Below, piece after piece: positions 14,807 to 23,732 of a DNA stretch of 32,395 nucleotides. The notes beneath the pieces were generated by a model that worked only from the letters and a program-made list of their open reading frames with translations, did not search any database and had not been told where the DNA came from. This DNA comes from Candidatus Hadarchaeales archaeon. GTDB taxonomy: Archaea; Hadarchaeota; Hadarchaeia; Hadarchaeales; WYZ-LMO6. Made by a program: the position numbers and the translations under genes. Location of the stretch: assembly GCA_038851755.1 (NCBI GenBank), contig JAWCKR010000016.1, positions 1 to 32,395 on the forward strand. Direction: 5' to 3'. How positions within the stretch are numbered: the stretch's first letter is position 1; each line of letters opens with the position of its first letter.

Positions 14807-17737
14807 TCAAGGCTCGAAGAAATAGACTCCTCCCGCTGTGTCCCCGACCACCACTCGCCAGTTGGAGAAGACTCCCACGGAATCTGGATAGGTGAGAAAC
14901 GAAACGGTATACCCCCAGAGAGGGTTTCCTCTCTCGTCGAAGAAGTAAAGTCTCCCGTCCATGTCCCCCGCGGCGAGGCCGCCTCCATACAGGGAGATGC
15001 AGGCTATGGGACCCGTGGTACGAACCCATTCCGGCGTCCCCTTCTCCGTGGTGAAGAGGTAGATTTTTCCCTCGAACCTTCTCTCCGCCGCTATCTCGTA
15101 CATCTCGCCCGCCGCCAAGTAGTATCCCCCGACAACGCTCACATCCCGAACTTGGCCCACCGTCCGGTAGCTCCAGAGAGGAACGTTCTCCAGCCTGGAG
15201 AAGAGGCGAATCCCGCTGTGACACCCCGCCGCAAGATAGGTCCCATCCCCACTTGAGTCGAGGGAGAAAACTGTGTCCAGCCCCTCCAGCTCGTAAGTCC
15301 AGAGGGGCGAGGAGGAGTCTCTGGAGAAGAGGAAGATGGTTCGGCGTTCTTCGTTCTGGAGGAAGACCGCCACATACTGACCGTTCCTGGAAAGGCTCAG
15401 CAAGGGCGCGGAGCTGCCCATCGAACCCAGCTTCCGCGTCCAGAGGAGCCTGCCGTCCCCGGAGAAGAGGTAGAGGGTAGCCTCACCCTCCGACACCCCC
15501 ACGGCCGCCGCCGTCTCCCCCCTCCTGCTGAGGCCCACGGGACAGGGGTAGTAGCCCACATCGTAGCTCCAAACCTCACGCCCTGAGGAGTCCAGGAGGA
15601 AGAGGCGAGGATTGGAGCCGGGGAGGCCAGAAGCCAAGACGAGAGAGCCCTCGGGGCTGATCGCCGCCGATCCGATGCGATCCTTGGTCCAAAGGGGCCT
15701 GTTCTCATCCCTGGAGAAGAAATACAGTGAATGTCCTGCGCTCCCCTCATCGGCCACGACCACGAAGTGGGGACCCTCCTCCGCCACCTTCACCTCCTTG
15801 ATTACGCCGGGGATCCGGTAGACCCAGCGGGGGGGAAGGGAGGTTTCCGCCAAAACGGTGGGAGAGGAAACCAAGCCCTTTTCGGGCCACCTCACCGTTT
15901 CCCTCCAGTCGCTGGCCTCGAAGTAATAGGTGTGGGGACCTAAATCTAGGGAAGTGGTGGTCCACTCGTACCGGTAGAGGGCGCCCGTTTTGTAGTTCCC
16001 TCCCACCCATTTCATCTCCAAGGGACGGTTGTCGATGACGCATCTCACGTACTTCGGAGGGTCACCTTCTTCATCCGAGTAAACGACCTCGTAGACTACG
16101 GTGGTATCCAGTCCCACGCTCGGAGGAGGTCCGGTTCTCTGGTGGAGATGCGGCGGGGTGTTCGGGCCGGAGGGAGGGATTCCCTCCCCTGAACCCGTAG
16201 CCAGGGGTGTCCTCCATCTGCAGAGGGTGGTGGACCAGTCCCCAACATCGAGCCACTCGGTCAGCATCCCTAGACAAACCCCTCCCTCCACATCGAACCC
16301 CGCTTTCAGCGACCAGTTTTCCAGGTTGGAAGTCTCCAGTTCCAGAAGGGGTTTGAGGGAAAGATAGGGGCCCGCCGTGTTATAGAAGTACGCACCCATC
16401 TCGAAGTCCAAGTAGGGTTGAGCATAGGCCATCCCCTCCATACAGGGACCGCTGCGGGAGAAAGAGGGTTTGACCTCCGCCACCGGACCCCACCCTCCCT
16501 CCTTTGTCCACTGGACCCCCAGCTTGAAGGTGGTGGAGGAGGTCATGCTGGCCCGGAGTGAGAAATCCCCCCTTGTCCCCACCTCCAGGCCCCCGCTCAC
16601 GGTTGCCTTCAAATTCACCACCACCGGAACGTTGAAGAGCAGGCAGAAAACCGGATAATTCCACTCGTATATCTCTTTGCTCCAGTCATGGGAAAGTTCC
16701 CCCTGGATGTTCCAATCCAGAGCGAGGGAGAGGGAAGGGTCTACCTCCGCGTAGGCTCTGAACACCTGCAACTTTCCCTCCTCGAAGTCCCACTCCACCA
16801 CCCAACTCAGGCCCAACCCCACGGAGCCCGTGACACCGGCTTCGGCCGAGACCCCTCCGGAGGAAAAACGGAAGGGTAGGTTGAGGGGGAAAGAAAACCT
16901 TGCACCCTCCTCCCAGCAGAAGTCGCTCTCCTCCCCTCCCTCCTCTTCTGCTTGGGGGAGGCTCTCCGTTCCTGGGAGCGAGTATTTGACGGTGAAGCTC
17001 CTGTATTCTTGCAGGGAAAGGAGGAGGTCGGGGGTGATTTCCCGAGGTGGTTTCTCCGTCACCACCACCCTCTCCGTCAACCTGAGCTCCGAGCCCTGAA
17101 GGTCGAGACGGGTTTCCCTGTAGTTCCCTCCTCCGAAGTCTACCCTCCACTTCTTACCCGAAAGTTCCCCACCGTTGGCCAAAATGGCCCCCTCTGGCAA
17201 CTTTATGGGAAGGGTGGTGACACGCTCCATCTTCTGATCCTTCTCCGGCATGGAGCTGAGCATCAGCTGCATGAACATCATCTGCCCCAGGATGAAGCTT
17301 ACCCCATCTCTCTTCCCCCTCCTCAGGCCCATCTCCATCTCCCATAGGTTCTCCGAGGGATTGAACCTGGAAGCCCGCAGGACCGAGGCCTCGGTCGAAA
17401 TCCTCACCCTGTTCTCCCCGCTCCACTCCACCTCGAAGAGAGAAGGAACCGCTTCCATCCCGCTGAGAGCCTCGTACTCTTCCAGGGCCCCCTCTCCCAG
17501 CATTTTCCTGAAATTCTCCCCACCCACCCTATGCTGTAACTCGTGGTAGAGGCTGAAGAGAGGGCCCTCCGTCGTCGTGGAAAGCTCCAGAGAAGCCCCG
17601 CCGTTCTCGTAGAGACGTACCTCCCCCTCTCCCCGCACCACATAGACCTCGGCACCAGCCCCCCGGAAAAGCAGGAAGCCCGAGAGAGCCACCGTCAGGA
17701 AAAGGATGGGGAGAACAACCGCAACGAGCCTACGCAT
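14807..17737 (-). CDS. Large exported multidomain protein with Ig-like domain and C-terminal PQQ-like beta-propeller
   Basis: ATG 17737 (MRRLVAVVLPILFLTVAL...) lies ~25 nt below TATAAA. Ig-like YSDEEGDPP...HTYYFEASD domain. Repeated LYLFSxxxxxPLWxY blades in the last ~340 aa. Confidence 0.8.
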   Translation of the reverse strand: MRRLVAVVLPILFLTVALSGFLLFRGAGAEVYVVRGEGEVRLYENGGASLELSTTTEGPLFSLYHELQHRVGGENFRKMLGEGALEEYEALSGMEAVPSLFEVEWSGENRVRISTEASVLRASRFNPSENLWEMEMGLRRGKRDGVSFILGQMMFMQLMLSSMPEKDQKMERVTTLPIKLPEGAILANGGELSGKKWRVDFGGGNYRETRLDLQGSELRLTERVVVTEKPPREITPDLLLSLQEYRSFTVKYSLPGTESLPQAEEEGGEESDFCWEEGARFSFPLNLPFRFSSGGVSAEAGVTGSVGLGLSWVVEWDFEEGKLQVFRAYAEVDPSLSLALDWNIQGELSHDWSKEIYEWNYPVFCLLFNVPVVVNLKATVSGGLEVGTRGDFSLRASMTSSTTFKLGVQWTKEGGWGPVAEVKPSFSRSGPCMEGMAYAQPYLDFEMGAYFYNTAGPYLSLKPLLELETSNLENWSLKAGFDVEGGVCLGMLTEWLDVGDWSTTLCRWRTPLATGSGEGIPPSGPNTPPHLHQRTGPPPSVGLDTTVVYEVVYSDEEGDPPKYVRCVIDNRPLEMKWVGGNYKTGALYRYEWTTTSLDLGPHTYYFEASDWRETVRWPEKGLVSSPTVLAETSLPPRWVYRIPGVIKEVKVAEEGPHFVVVADEGSAGHSLYFFSRDENRPLWTKDRIGSAAISPEGSLVLASGLPGSNPRLFLLDSSGREVWSYDVGYYPCPVGLSRRGETAAAVGVSEGEATLYLFSGDGRLLWTRKLGSMGSSAPLLSLSRNGQYVAVFLQNEERRTIFLFSRDSSSPLWTYELEGLDTVFSLDSSGDGTYLAAGCHSGIRLFSRLENVPLWSYRTVGQVRDVSVVGGYYLAAGEMYEIAAERRFEGKIYLFTTEKGTPEWVRTTGPIACISLYGGGLAAGDMDGRLYFFDERGNPLWGYTVSFLTYPDSVGVFSNWRVVVGDTAGGVYFFEP

Positions 17738-17792
17738 CTCCAACGCACTTTCACCCAAAATTTATATCTCACGATGAGGGGAGAAGGGTGCC

Positions 17793-18728
17793 TCAAGGAA
17801 TCTTCCAAAACTGAAGCATTTTCCTCAGCCCTTCCTCCAGCGTGACCCCGGCCTCGAACCCCAGCACCTCCCTCGCCTTCCTCACGTCCGCCACGCTCCT
17901 CTTGATGTCCCCCCTCCTGGGTGCGCCGTGGACGGGCTTGACCCCCTCCCTGCCGGCGAGCCTGAGCAGGAGGGAACACAGCTCGAGGATGCTGGTCTCC
18001 CTCCCCGTCGCTATGTTCAGCACCTGACCCGGTGCCTTCGGAGAACTCAAGGCGAGGAGGTTGGCCCTGGCCACGTCCTCCACGTACACGAAGTCCCTGG
18101 TCTGATCCCCTCCCCCGTGGATGAGGGGGGGAAGGTCCTTCCTGAGCCTTTCCAGGAACCTGACGATCACTCCGGCGTACTCGCCGCCGCCCTGCCTGGG
18201 GCCGTACACGTTGAAGTACCTCAGACAGACCGTTTCCAGGCCCCTTTCCCTGAAGAACCTCAGGCACTCCCACTCCGCGCCCAGCTTGGACTCCGCGTAG
18301 GGAGAGAGAGGCGAGAGGGGATGATCCTCGCCCACGGGAAGGTACCTGGGCTCCCCGTAGACGGAGGCCGAGGAGGCGTAGACGAACCTTTTCACCCCCT
18401 TCCTCACGCAAGCCTCCAGCAGGTTGAGGGTTCCCTTCTGGTTCACCTCCCTCACGACCTCCGGTCGCTCGAAGGAGAGGGGCACGCTCACCACTGCGGC
18501 CTCGTGGATCACCGCCCCAGCGCCCTCCAGCGCCTCCTCCACTGCCCTCGGGTCCCTGACGTCCCCCCTCACCAGCCTGAAGGAAGGATTCCCCTTGTGC
18601 GCCTCCAGGTTCTCGGGCCTCCCCGAGGAGAAGTCGTCCAGCACCGTCACTTCATATCCCTGCGAGAGGAGGAGGTCCACGGTGTGGGAGCCTATGAACC
18701 CCGCCCCTCCCGTCACCAACACCCTCAC
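17793..18728 (-). CDS. NAD-dependent nucleotide-sugar epimerase/dehydratase (GalE-like extended SDR)
   Basis: TGGAGFIGSH, ASSASVYG, YAESK (YxxxK), LRYFNVYGPRQ and TRDFVYVEDVA. Confidence 0.93.
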   Translation of the reverse strand: MRVLVTGGAGFIGSHTVDLLLSQGYEVTVLDDFSSGRPENLEAHKGNPSFRLVRGDVRDPRAVEEALEGAGAVIHEAAVVSVPLSFERPEVVREVNQKGTLNLLEACVRKGVKRFVYASSASVYGEPRYLPVGEDHPLSPLSPYAESKLGAEWECLRFFRERGLETVCLRYFNVYGPRQGGGEYAGVIVRFLERLRKDLPPLIHGGGDQTRDFVYVEDVARANLLALSSPKAPGQVLNIATGRETSILELCSLLLRLAGREGVKPVHGAPRRGDIKRSVADVRKAREVLGFEAGVTLEEGLRKMLQFWKIP

Positions 18729-19348
18729 ACCACCACCCTCCTCCCCGCTAGGTAGTCCGTGAGTTTCAACCTTCCGTTTTCCTCCTCGAACGTGATGCCC
18801 TCGCAGGAGAAGAGGGAGTTCAGCTCCTCCACCGACTTACCCCAGGAGGGAACGACGGAGGCCAAGTGCCTGAGGCGGAGGAAGCGCTCCCTCGCCTCCA
18901 CCTCCAGCCCCAGCCCGAAGAGCCTGGGCCCCTCCCTGTGCTCGAAGGAGGCCGGTGCCCACACCCTCACCTCCACGCTCCCGTCCGGCCTCCAGAGGAA
19001 GAGCACGTTCTCGACCTCGGGAACCGTCACGCTGACGCTCGGATACCCCCAGCCGGCGGAAATCCTGGCGTTCAGGGAGGAAAGAGCGGCCCTTTCCACC
19101 TCCTCTTCCCCTCCCCCGCTCCTCCCCGCGGTGTACATCCCGGAGAGGACCGCGCTCTCCAGCTCCCCCTCCAGCTCTCCCCTCACGCTCAGGAAGACGG
19201 AGCGGGTGAAGTCGGAGGCCAAGAGGGTTCTGGCCGTGTTCACCTCGCCCTCCCAGCGGCGGTGGAAGGTCCAGAGGGCCGCCCAGGAGCAGAGGATCAG
19301 GAAGATCGCGAAGACCGCCACCGTCTCCGCCGCCCCCCTACGGTCCAA
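18725..19348 (-). CDS. Pilin-like protein with putative class III signal peptide
   Basis: MDRRG/AAETVAVFAIFLILCSWAALW. Stop overlaps the epimerase start (GTGA). Confidence 0.6.
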   Translation of the reverse strand: MDRRGAAETVAVFAIFLILCSWAALWTFHRRWEGEVNTARTLLASDFTRSVFLSVRGELEGELESAVLSGMYTAGRSGGGEEEVERAALSSLNARISAGWGYPSVSVTVPEVENVLFLWRPDGSVEVRVWAPASFEHREGPRLFGLGLEVEARERFLRLRHLASVVPSWGKSVEELNSLFSCEGITFEEENGRLKLTDYLAGRRVVV

Positions 19349-19784
19349 GCAGCCTCACCTCCACCCCCACCGTCACCAATCCGGTCGGGGTGGCAAGGGT
19401 CAGGGCCCCCCTCCGGCGCGCCAGCTCCCTCTCCCCCCTTCCGGCCTCCGCCCTCCAGATACCGTTTTCCGCTCGGAGCTCCAGCTTGATTCCCAGGTTC
19501 TCCGGACAGAGGAATCCCAGCACCCCTTCCAGGGAGGAGCGGAGCTCGTTCTCACCAACGGTGGGATCTTCCAGCAAGAGCACCTCGGCCGCCGCCCTCA
19601 GGTAACTCACCCCCGGGACGACCTCGGAGAGCTCCAGAGTGCGGTAGAGTTGCTCCGCCCTGAGCTCCGCGTATCTGGCCGAGGAGAGACCGAAGGAGGA
19701 CGAGGAGAGGTAGAGGACGCCCGAGGCAGCGAGGAGGAGGAAGAACATGGAGGCTATGGAGAGGAGGTCGGCCATCCCCCTCAT
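19338..19784 (-). CDS. Pilin-like protein with putative class III signal peptide
   Basis: ATG 19784 (ATGA overlap with the upstream gene) gives MRG/MADLLSIASMFFLLLAASGVLYL. Confidence 0.6.
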   Translation of the reverse strand: MRGMADLLSIASMFFLLLAASGVLYLSSSSFGLSSARYAELRAEQLYRTLELSEVVPGVSYLRAAAEVLLLEDPTVGENELRSSLEGVLGFLCPENLGIKLELRAENGIWRAEAGRGERELARRRGALTLATPTGLVTVGVEVRLLGP

Positions 19785-20185
19785 GCCCACCAGGCCTCCA
19801 GCCCCATTTTTCCGGGAACGGGGCGGTCCTCGAGCAGGGAAACGGGGGCGGTCAGGATGCACCTCTGCCTTGCCTGGGGAGGGGAGGGACCGAAGGGGCC
19901 CCACCTCCTCCCCCCAGCATCCTCTACCCAGACCCTGAACTCCACCTCCCTCTCCCCCACCCTCCTCCTGAAGTCGAGGGAGGGAAGCCCGGAGGGATCC
20001 ACCAGGTAGGGCGCTCCCGCCGACAGCTCCTGCGCGCAGAGGCGGGTGAGGAGGGAACAGGAGGAGTCGGCCAGGACCTCGGCCCCCGCCAGCTCCTCCA
20101 CCCTGAGGTAGGAGAAGGCCAGGAGGAGGCTGAAGGAGAGGAGGAAGAGGGAGGCGAAGAGCAACCTGAGGAGCTTGGGGCTCAT
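19781..20185 (-). CDS. Small N-terminally anchored hypothetical protein (minor-pilin-like)
   Basis: ATG 20185 (ATGA overlap) gives MSPKLLRLLFASLFLLSFSLLLAFSY, then a helix and a beta domain. Confidence 0.6.
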   Translation of the reverse strand: MSPKLLRLLFASLFLLSFSLLLAFSYLRVEELAGAEVLADSSCSLLTRLCAQELSAGAPYLVDPSGLPSLDFRRRVGEREVEFRVWVEDAGGRRWGPFGPSPPQARQRCILTAPVSLLEDRPVPGKMGLEAWWA

Positions 20186-20541
20186 ATCTCCCTCACCACC
20201 ACCTCCCAGCCAGAGGGGCCGTTCTCCAGCCTGAGCTCCAGCCTGCACCTCCCCGTGAAGGGCCCCGCCTCCCTTACGGGATATCCCACCTCCAGGTTCT
20301 TCCCCGCCAGCTCGGCCCTCCCGTTTTCGAAGAAAAGCGCCTGGTCCTCGGGCAGGTCCAGGTCCACGGTCTGAGGGTTTCCCGTGGCCTTCAGGACCTC
20401 CAGCGCCTCCTTGAGGGAGAGAAGGGCCTCCTCCGCGCTGGCCTCGGAGGAAAGGGAGGTGAGGAGCTGGACCCCCACCAGCAGGACCAGCAGCACGAAG
20501 GAGGAAAGGAGGACCAGGGCGGCCAGCCTCAGCACTTCCAT
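20182..20541 (-). CDS. Small N-terminally anchored hypothetical protein (minor-pilin-like)
   Basis: N-terminal TM helix, amphipathic helix, then GNPQTVDLDLP and beta strands. Confidence 0.62.
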   Translation of the reverse strand: MEVLRLAALVLLSSFVLLVLLVGVQLLTSLSSEASAEEALLSLKEALEVLKATGNPQTVDLDLPEDQALFFENGRAELAGKNLEVGYPVREAGPFTGRCRLELRLENGPSGWEVVVREI

Positions 20542-20542
20542 G

Positions 20543-20986
20543 CTACTCCAGCTTCAGCTCGAGGGGACAGGAGCGCTCGGTCCCGTCCTCCCCCCTGGCC
20601 CTGAGCGTGAGGGTCACGGTGGTGGGGGAAGCGGAGGGGCTCACCCTGATCACCAGGGTGGAGTAGAAGTCCGGCACGCTCGAGGAGGGGTTGAACTGGA
20701 GGGAGACCCCCGTGAGGGAGGGCGAGGCGGAGAGGGAGACCGTGCGGTCGTAGCCCGCTATCCTAGTCACGGAGACCCTGACCGTGGCCTCGTTCTCCCC
20801 GTTGTCCGGGATTCCCACCGCGAGGGAGGAAGGCTCGACGGAGAGCTGGAAGGCCGTGGAGGAGGTGATGCCCCTGCCAAGCTGGGTGTAGAGGGCCACG
20901 CCTATGGTCAGGGCCAGGCCGAAGAAGATCACCCCGGCCAGGAGCTTCATCACCAGGGGCTCCACCCCCCTCTGCCCGAGGCTCAT
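20543..20986 (-). CDS. Pilin-like protein with class III signal peptide and Ig-like domain
   Basis: ATG 20986 after GGTGAGAGG gives MSLGQRG/VEPLVMKLLAGVIFFGLAL. Ig-like FQLSVEPSS...GYDRTVSLSAS...STLVIRV. The ORF track starts it at 21019. Confidence 0.68.
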   Translation of the reverse strand: MSLGQRGVEPLVMKLLAGVIFFGLALTIGVALYTQLGRGITSSTAFQLSVEPSSLAVGIPDNGENEATVRVSVTRIAGYDRTVSLSASPSLTGVSLQFNPSSSVPDFYSTLVIRVSPSASPTTVTLTLRARGEDGTERSCPLELKLE

Positions 20987-21103
20987 CCTCTCACCGAACT
21001 TTTTCTTTAACCCCCACATGATTTAAAAAGTGGTGGGATGAGGCTACCCGGTCCCAGAATGGGGACATGATGGGTCCTATTCCTCGAGTGGGACTTGCCC
21101 GAA

Positions 21104-21892
21104 CTAAAGGGAGTCAAAATCTCTAACGCGGTAAACACCTTTTCCCAAAAACTCGAGAATCCCATTGTCCCTCAGCACCTGAAGCTGCTGGCGGATTTTG
21201 GGGCGGACATGCTTGTTCGTGGGGTGAAGTCCGGCCAATTTGTCTTCAAATGCGTACACGTCGGCGAGCGTGAACTCCCTTTTCTTCAACTCCCTCACGC
21301 AGGCGAGTACATCAGCCAGCCAACCACGGGAATGAGAGGTCCAATCGCGAAGAAATGAAAACCTGCTCCACCTTTCCCTGACTTTCCAGACAGGGATCTC
21401 CTGCCCGTTCTCTATGATAGCGATCCGTGCATCTTGAGGGAGGTTCCCGAGCAAAATGTTCGAACCAACCCATCCATGTCTCCTCGCACTATCGGAGAGC
21501 GGCTTCCGACGCTCGACTATTGATTCTGTGATGAAGTGCCCAGGCACCAAGAAGAGATCCACCACTCTCAACGCCTGAGAATCATACCGGAGAAAGAAGA
21601 AATTCGGGACGGTCCCCGTGCGTATAGCTCGCAGCTTGGGCTCGTAGGCAGAGTTGCTGATTTTTTTCCCGAAGGGATGGGCCTGGCTTTTGAGCTGGTA
21701 GCGTTCATCGCATGAAGGACAGGTGAAATCCACGACGGGCTCCCCCTCCGGGGTGGGGGAGAGAGAATCTGAGGTGCAAGCTGGGCAGTAGAGATTCTCC
21801 CTAGCCCAAGTCTGGGTCAAAACCCGCGCCCGTTGTGAGGAACTCTTGTAGCATGCAGCTACCTCGGGCTTCAAACTCAGTTCCAACCCCAC
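21104..21892 (-). CDS. dpnI: DpnI-like (Dam-replacing/DRP family) modification-dependent restriction endonuclease
   Basis: YKSSSQRARVLT, two CxxC (CPAC, CPSC), PNFFFL, RKPLSDSARRHGWVGSNI and the winged-helix KIRQQLQVLRDNG. Visibly lower GC than the flanks. Confidence 0.92.
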   Translation of the reverse strand: MGLELSLKPEVAACYKSSSQRARVLTQTWARENLYCPACTSDSLSPTPEGEPVVDFTCPSCDERYQLKSQAHPFGKKISNSAYEPKLRAIRTGTVPNFFFLRYDSQALRVVDLFLVPGHFITESIVERRKPLSDSARRHGWVGSNILLGNLPQDARIAIIENGQEIPVWKVRERWSRFSFLRDWTSHSRGWLADVLACVRELKKREFTLADVYAFEDKLAGLHPTNKHVRPKIRQQLQVLRDNGILEFLGKGVYRVRDFDSL

Positions 21893-21999
21893 ACCAGCGA
21901 CCTTCGTTGAGTGATCTAAAAAATCTTGGCGGACGCCGCGCCAAAACCGCCTGAAACCACGGGATCGTCCTTAAATAGTTCTTGCGGAACGATCGGATC

Positions 22000-22374
22000 G
22001 TGAAGGAGCCTCCCTTGCTGAAGGGAAGGGTTAGGAGGGTAGAACCATCCTCACATGCAGAAGCCAGGGAACTGGATAGCGGGGACGAATACCTCTGGAG
22101 GGCCACGAGAGTAGACCTCGAAACCATGTCCCTCGTGGTGGTGGAGTGCGCACATCCCAACGTGGGCTACTACGAGGAGATGTGCCTCTTCATCAGCACC
22201 ATGCACTACCCAGACTGGGAATGTGTACCCCTCTCCGAGTTCTGGCCCCAGTGGAAGGATGTTAAAAACTTCGTGAGGAGCTTTCCGGCTTTCAAGAGGC
22301 TCTTCGAACCCAGGGACTGGAAGGGGGAAATCCTGGGGAAAATCTTCCTCGAGTCCCCATCTCCCAAAACTTAA
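22000..22374 (+). CDS. Hypothetical protein (124 aa), divergent from dpnI
   Basis: In-frame GTG 22000 lies ~25 nt below CTTAAATA (21970-21977). Plausible codon usage, no recognised motif. Confidence 0.6.
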   Translation: MKEPPLLKGRVRRVEPSSHAEARELDSGDEYLWRATRVDLETMSLVVVECAHPNVGYYEEMCLFISTMHYPDWECVPLSEFWPQWKDVKNFVRSFPAFKRLFEPRDWKGEILGKIFLESPSPKT

Positions 22375-22399
22375 GGGATACATCCTCCTTAAGGAGAGG

Positions 22400-23293
22400 A
22401 TGCTGGAGGAGCTGGCGCCCGGGATTTACTTCGTGGAGGGGGAGAACCGGGGAAGGTATCCCTTCTCCCATTCCCTCCTCCTGAAGGGAAGGTCCCGCAC
22501 GGCCCTCATAGACACGGGCATAGGGCCCGAAAGGGCGAGGGAGCTGGCCGGGAGGGAGAGGGTGGATCTCCTGCTGGTGAGCCACGGGCACGAGGACCAC
22601 TTTCCCCAGAACCGCCTCTTCGAGGGGGCCAGGGTGTGCTGCCACAGGGAGGACGCGCCGGCCGTGAGGTCCGTGAAGAGGCTGGAGGCCCTCTACGGCT
22701 GCCCCAACGAGGAGATAGGGAACGGCATGATGGAGTTCCTGGTGGGCATGTTCGACCTCCAGGACTCCAGAGTTGACTCGGAACTGGAGGGGGGAGAGGT
22801 TCTCGACCTGGGGGGGCTGGAGGTGGAGGTCCTGCACACTCCCGGACACTCAGCGGGCCACTGCTGCTTCTGGGTCCCCTCGGAGCGGCTGGTCTTCCTG
22901 GCCGACATGGACCTCACCTCCTTCGGTCCCTGGTACGGTTGCGTGGACTCGAACATCGACCAGTTCCTCTCCTCCCTGGAGAAAGTGAAGGAGCTCCCCG
23001 CTGAGCTAGCGGTTACCAGCCACAAGGGGGTGGTGAGGGGGAGGGAGGAGATAAGGAGGAGGCTCGAGGAGTACGGGGGGAAGATCGAGGAGAGGGAGAG
23101 GAAGCTGCTCGCGTTCCTGGAGGAGGAAAGAACCCTGAAAGAGATAGTGGACGCGGCCCTCATCTACGGAAGGTTCCCCGAGCCACAGGTCTTCTACAGG
23201 CTCTTCGAGAGGATGATGGTGGAGAAGCACCTGAGGAGGATGGAGGAGAGGGGAGAGGTGGTGAGGACGGAAAAGGGCTTCAGGAGGGCCTAG
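22400..23293 (+). CDS. MBL-fold metallo-hydrolase with C-terminal winged-helix-like extension
   Basis: LIDTG, SHGHEDH (HxHxDH), HTPGHSAGH, FLAD and TSHKG. Confidence 0.9.
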   Translation: MLEELAPGIYFVEGENRGRYPFSHSLLLKGRSRTALIDTGIGPERARELAGRERVDLLLVSHGHEDHFPQNRLFEGARVCCHREDAPAVRSVKRLEALYGCPNEEIGNGMMEFLVGMFDLQDSRVDSELEGGEVLDLGGLEVEVLHTPGHSAGHCCFWVPSERLVFLADMDLTSFGPWYGCVDSNIDQFLSSLEKVKELPAELAVTSHKGVVRGREEIRRRLEEYGGKIEERERKLLAFLEEERTLKEIVDAALIYGRFPEPQVFYRLFERMMVEKHLRRMEERGEVVRTEKGFRRA

Positions 23294-23732
23294 CCTCCTG
23301 ACCCTCTATCCACTTTCCCCCCTTTCCGTAGACTTCCTTCTTCCAGATGGGAACCTCCCTCTTCAGCCTGTCCATCAGCCTGGGCAGGAGGGAGAAGGCC
23401 TCCTTCCTGTGCCTGGAGGCGATGACCACGTAAAGGGCCTCCTCCCCGGGCTCCAGGTCCCCCACCACGTGATGGACGGAGACCTCCAGGATCCCCTCCC
23501 TCTTCTCCCCCTCTTCCGCTATCTCCCGCAGGGAACGCAGGGCCTCCTCCTCCGCGCACTCGTAGTGAAGGTGCCTCACCCTTCTCCCCTCCTCCGATTT
23601 TCCCCTCACCACACCCACGAAGCAGGTGAAGGCCCCCGCCTTTCCCCCCCACCTCCTTCTCATCCTGCGGAGGAGGAGCTCGAGGCTCACCTCACCCTTT
23701 CCGTGAAGACCCACGTCGGCCAAGCCCACCAC
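23280..23732 (-). CDS. moaE: Molybdopterin synthase catalytic subunit
   Basis: GAFTCFVGVVRG, LHYE, HHVVGDLEPGE, SRHRKEAF and DRLKREVPIWKKE. Confidence 0.92.
   Translation of the reverse strand: MVGLADVGLHGKGEVSLELLLRRMRRRWGGKAGAFTCFVGVVRGKSEEGRRVRHLHYECAEEEALRSLREIAEEGEKREGILEVSVHHVVGDLEPGEEALYVVIASRHRKEAFSLLPRLMDRLKREVPIWKKEVYGKGGKWIEGQEARPS

Noticed and set aside
21051-21094. Two small GTCC...GGAC hairpins downstream of dpnI as IS ends or an ncRNA
   Set aside because: Stems are only 5-6 bp, with no matching structure at the other side of the gene and no transposase. At most a terminator.
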